Positions 62,613-64,000 of a stretch of DNA of 64,000 nucleotides are shown one piece after another; within the stretch, counting starts at the first letter, position 1, and each line of letters opens with the position of its first letter. Made by a program: the position numbers and the translations under genes. Source of the DNA: Epiperipatus broadwayi (taxonomy: Eukaryota > Animalia > Onychophora). The stretch lies in the NCBI GenBank assembly GCA_028023455.1, contig JAQFVV010000010.1, forward strand, positions 9,486,001-9,550,000. The letters run 5' to 3'. The notes beneath the pieces are model-generated. The model had not been told where the DNA came from. It did not search any database and saw nothing but the letters and a program-made list of their open reading frames with translations.

Positions 62613-64000
62613 GACATAGATACCTATAAGAAATAAATTTCTTGATGGATATGAAAATTCATTCTGTCTAGCTTAGATGTTTAAGACTTTTCTCTATAAA
62701 TAGAAAAGGAGGCAAGCATAGAGATGGTATCACTCCTTTTACCAATAGTCTTGTCATACACTTTAGCTGGAGGGCATCTCATTTATCTATATTAGCAAAT
62801 GATATCAGAGTTAATCCTAAAACCTTATATATATATATTGTGCCCTTTTCTATAGATCAATGATGGTTATAAATGGTCAATTGCTAAAAAAATTTAAAAT
62901 TTATATTATATAGTATTTAAAATTATAAACTATAGTTAAGCAATAAAGGGTTAATATAATATATTTAAATAATAAGTATTGTGATGGTAGGGATTGCATC
63001 TAGTTCTATATTTTTCTAAATTATTTTTCAAAATTTTATATAATCATTTTAAATGATATAAGTAGCAAATTTATTAATACAGATAAAACCAGACTAAACA
63101 CCGGAAATGTATACGTGACTGTCTGGAATATTTTATGTATAAGCACCAGTTTAGATTAATACAAATAATTAAAATATTTAAATAATATATTATAAAACTG
63201 GATGGAATTGTCACACATTATAATAAAAAGATAAGATTGTACATTTTATTAATTATTGTTTCAAAATTATTTAGAAGTAATTAAATTGTAATAGATAATA
63301 ATTAATTTAAAAATAATAATAGGTTAATATTTAAGTCTATTACATCATCATTTAAAACTTTAGAAAATGTTTACAAACCAAAGTAGGGAGTGACCAATAA
63401 AAAGATAGATTTTGGCAGACAAGAAAAATCGCGCCAATTAATTGTATAAACGAGGAGAACAAAAATGTGTTGACTCCAGAGCAGAGGTAAAATTTTAAGC
63501 TCTTTAAAATTTCTTTCTTTCTTCAATTATTAGTCAATTTTATTAGAATTTTTAATAAATATCTTTGAAAGAAACTAACTAACATTTTAAAATCTTTCGA
63601 AGCGAATCTAAGAATAAAATTAAAAAAAAAAAGTTCTCATAATGATGTTTCACTAACTCCACAGTTACCTGCCAGTGGATTCTATTAAAATATAATCTGA
63701 ATTTTCAATAAAAAATGGATGGATTCTTAAAACCAAGTTATAAATTTTGTAATATTTCAAAAATGTTAACGTTGTTCATTGATATAGTTTGTATAGCATA
63801 TTACTATGGAAACTGCTTTAGTGCGTGTAAAATTAACGAAAGGACATTGTGCGCAAAGTTAATGAATAGAATAAAAAATAAAAATAAATATTATTCGTGT
63901 AAAATAAATGGACAAAAAGAATTTTATGAATTGTTTTCTTTAAGATGACCTGAGCAATTACCCTAGAAATAGTTAAAGATCAAAAATGTCGTATATAAAA

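Noticed and set aside
1-64000. CRISPR arrays, rRNA genes, functional tRNAs, intact transposase or RT ORFs
   Set aside because: None seen; all element ORFs are interrupted and all tRNA-like sequences have broken arms or inserts.

Overview
Very AT-rich, CpG-depleted metazoan genomic DNA, probably arthropod (inference from composition and repeat types); no prokaryotic features. The window lies inside one large minus-strand gene, an RGS7/RGS6 (egl-10) orthologue. Three of its coding exons are here (58449-58500, 21925-22066, 9092-9173) and splice in frame to [92 protein letters not shown]; the introns are about 36 kb and 12.8 kb and the flanking exons were not found in the window. The introns are full of decayed transposons: a Ty3/gypsy remnant, RTE, L1/Tx1-like and other LINEs, two Penelope-like elements, a pogo/Tigger-like MITE, and tRNA-Gly-derived SINEs with 17-bp TSDs. 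The most striking content is at least two, possibly three, families of short non-coding repeats that carry type I hammerhead ribozyme cores. Family A has a 426-442 bp monomer and about 9 loci; family B has a monomer of roughly 250 bp and 4 copies; family C is a single weaker candidate. They occur as tandem monomers and, very often, as fold-back palindromes, and their stems show compensatory substitutions. This fits non-autonomous retrozymes / Penelope-associated ribozyme retroelements. Most ORFs in the supplied track are transposon fragments or chance frames. Boundaries of decayed repeats are approximate.
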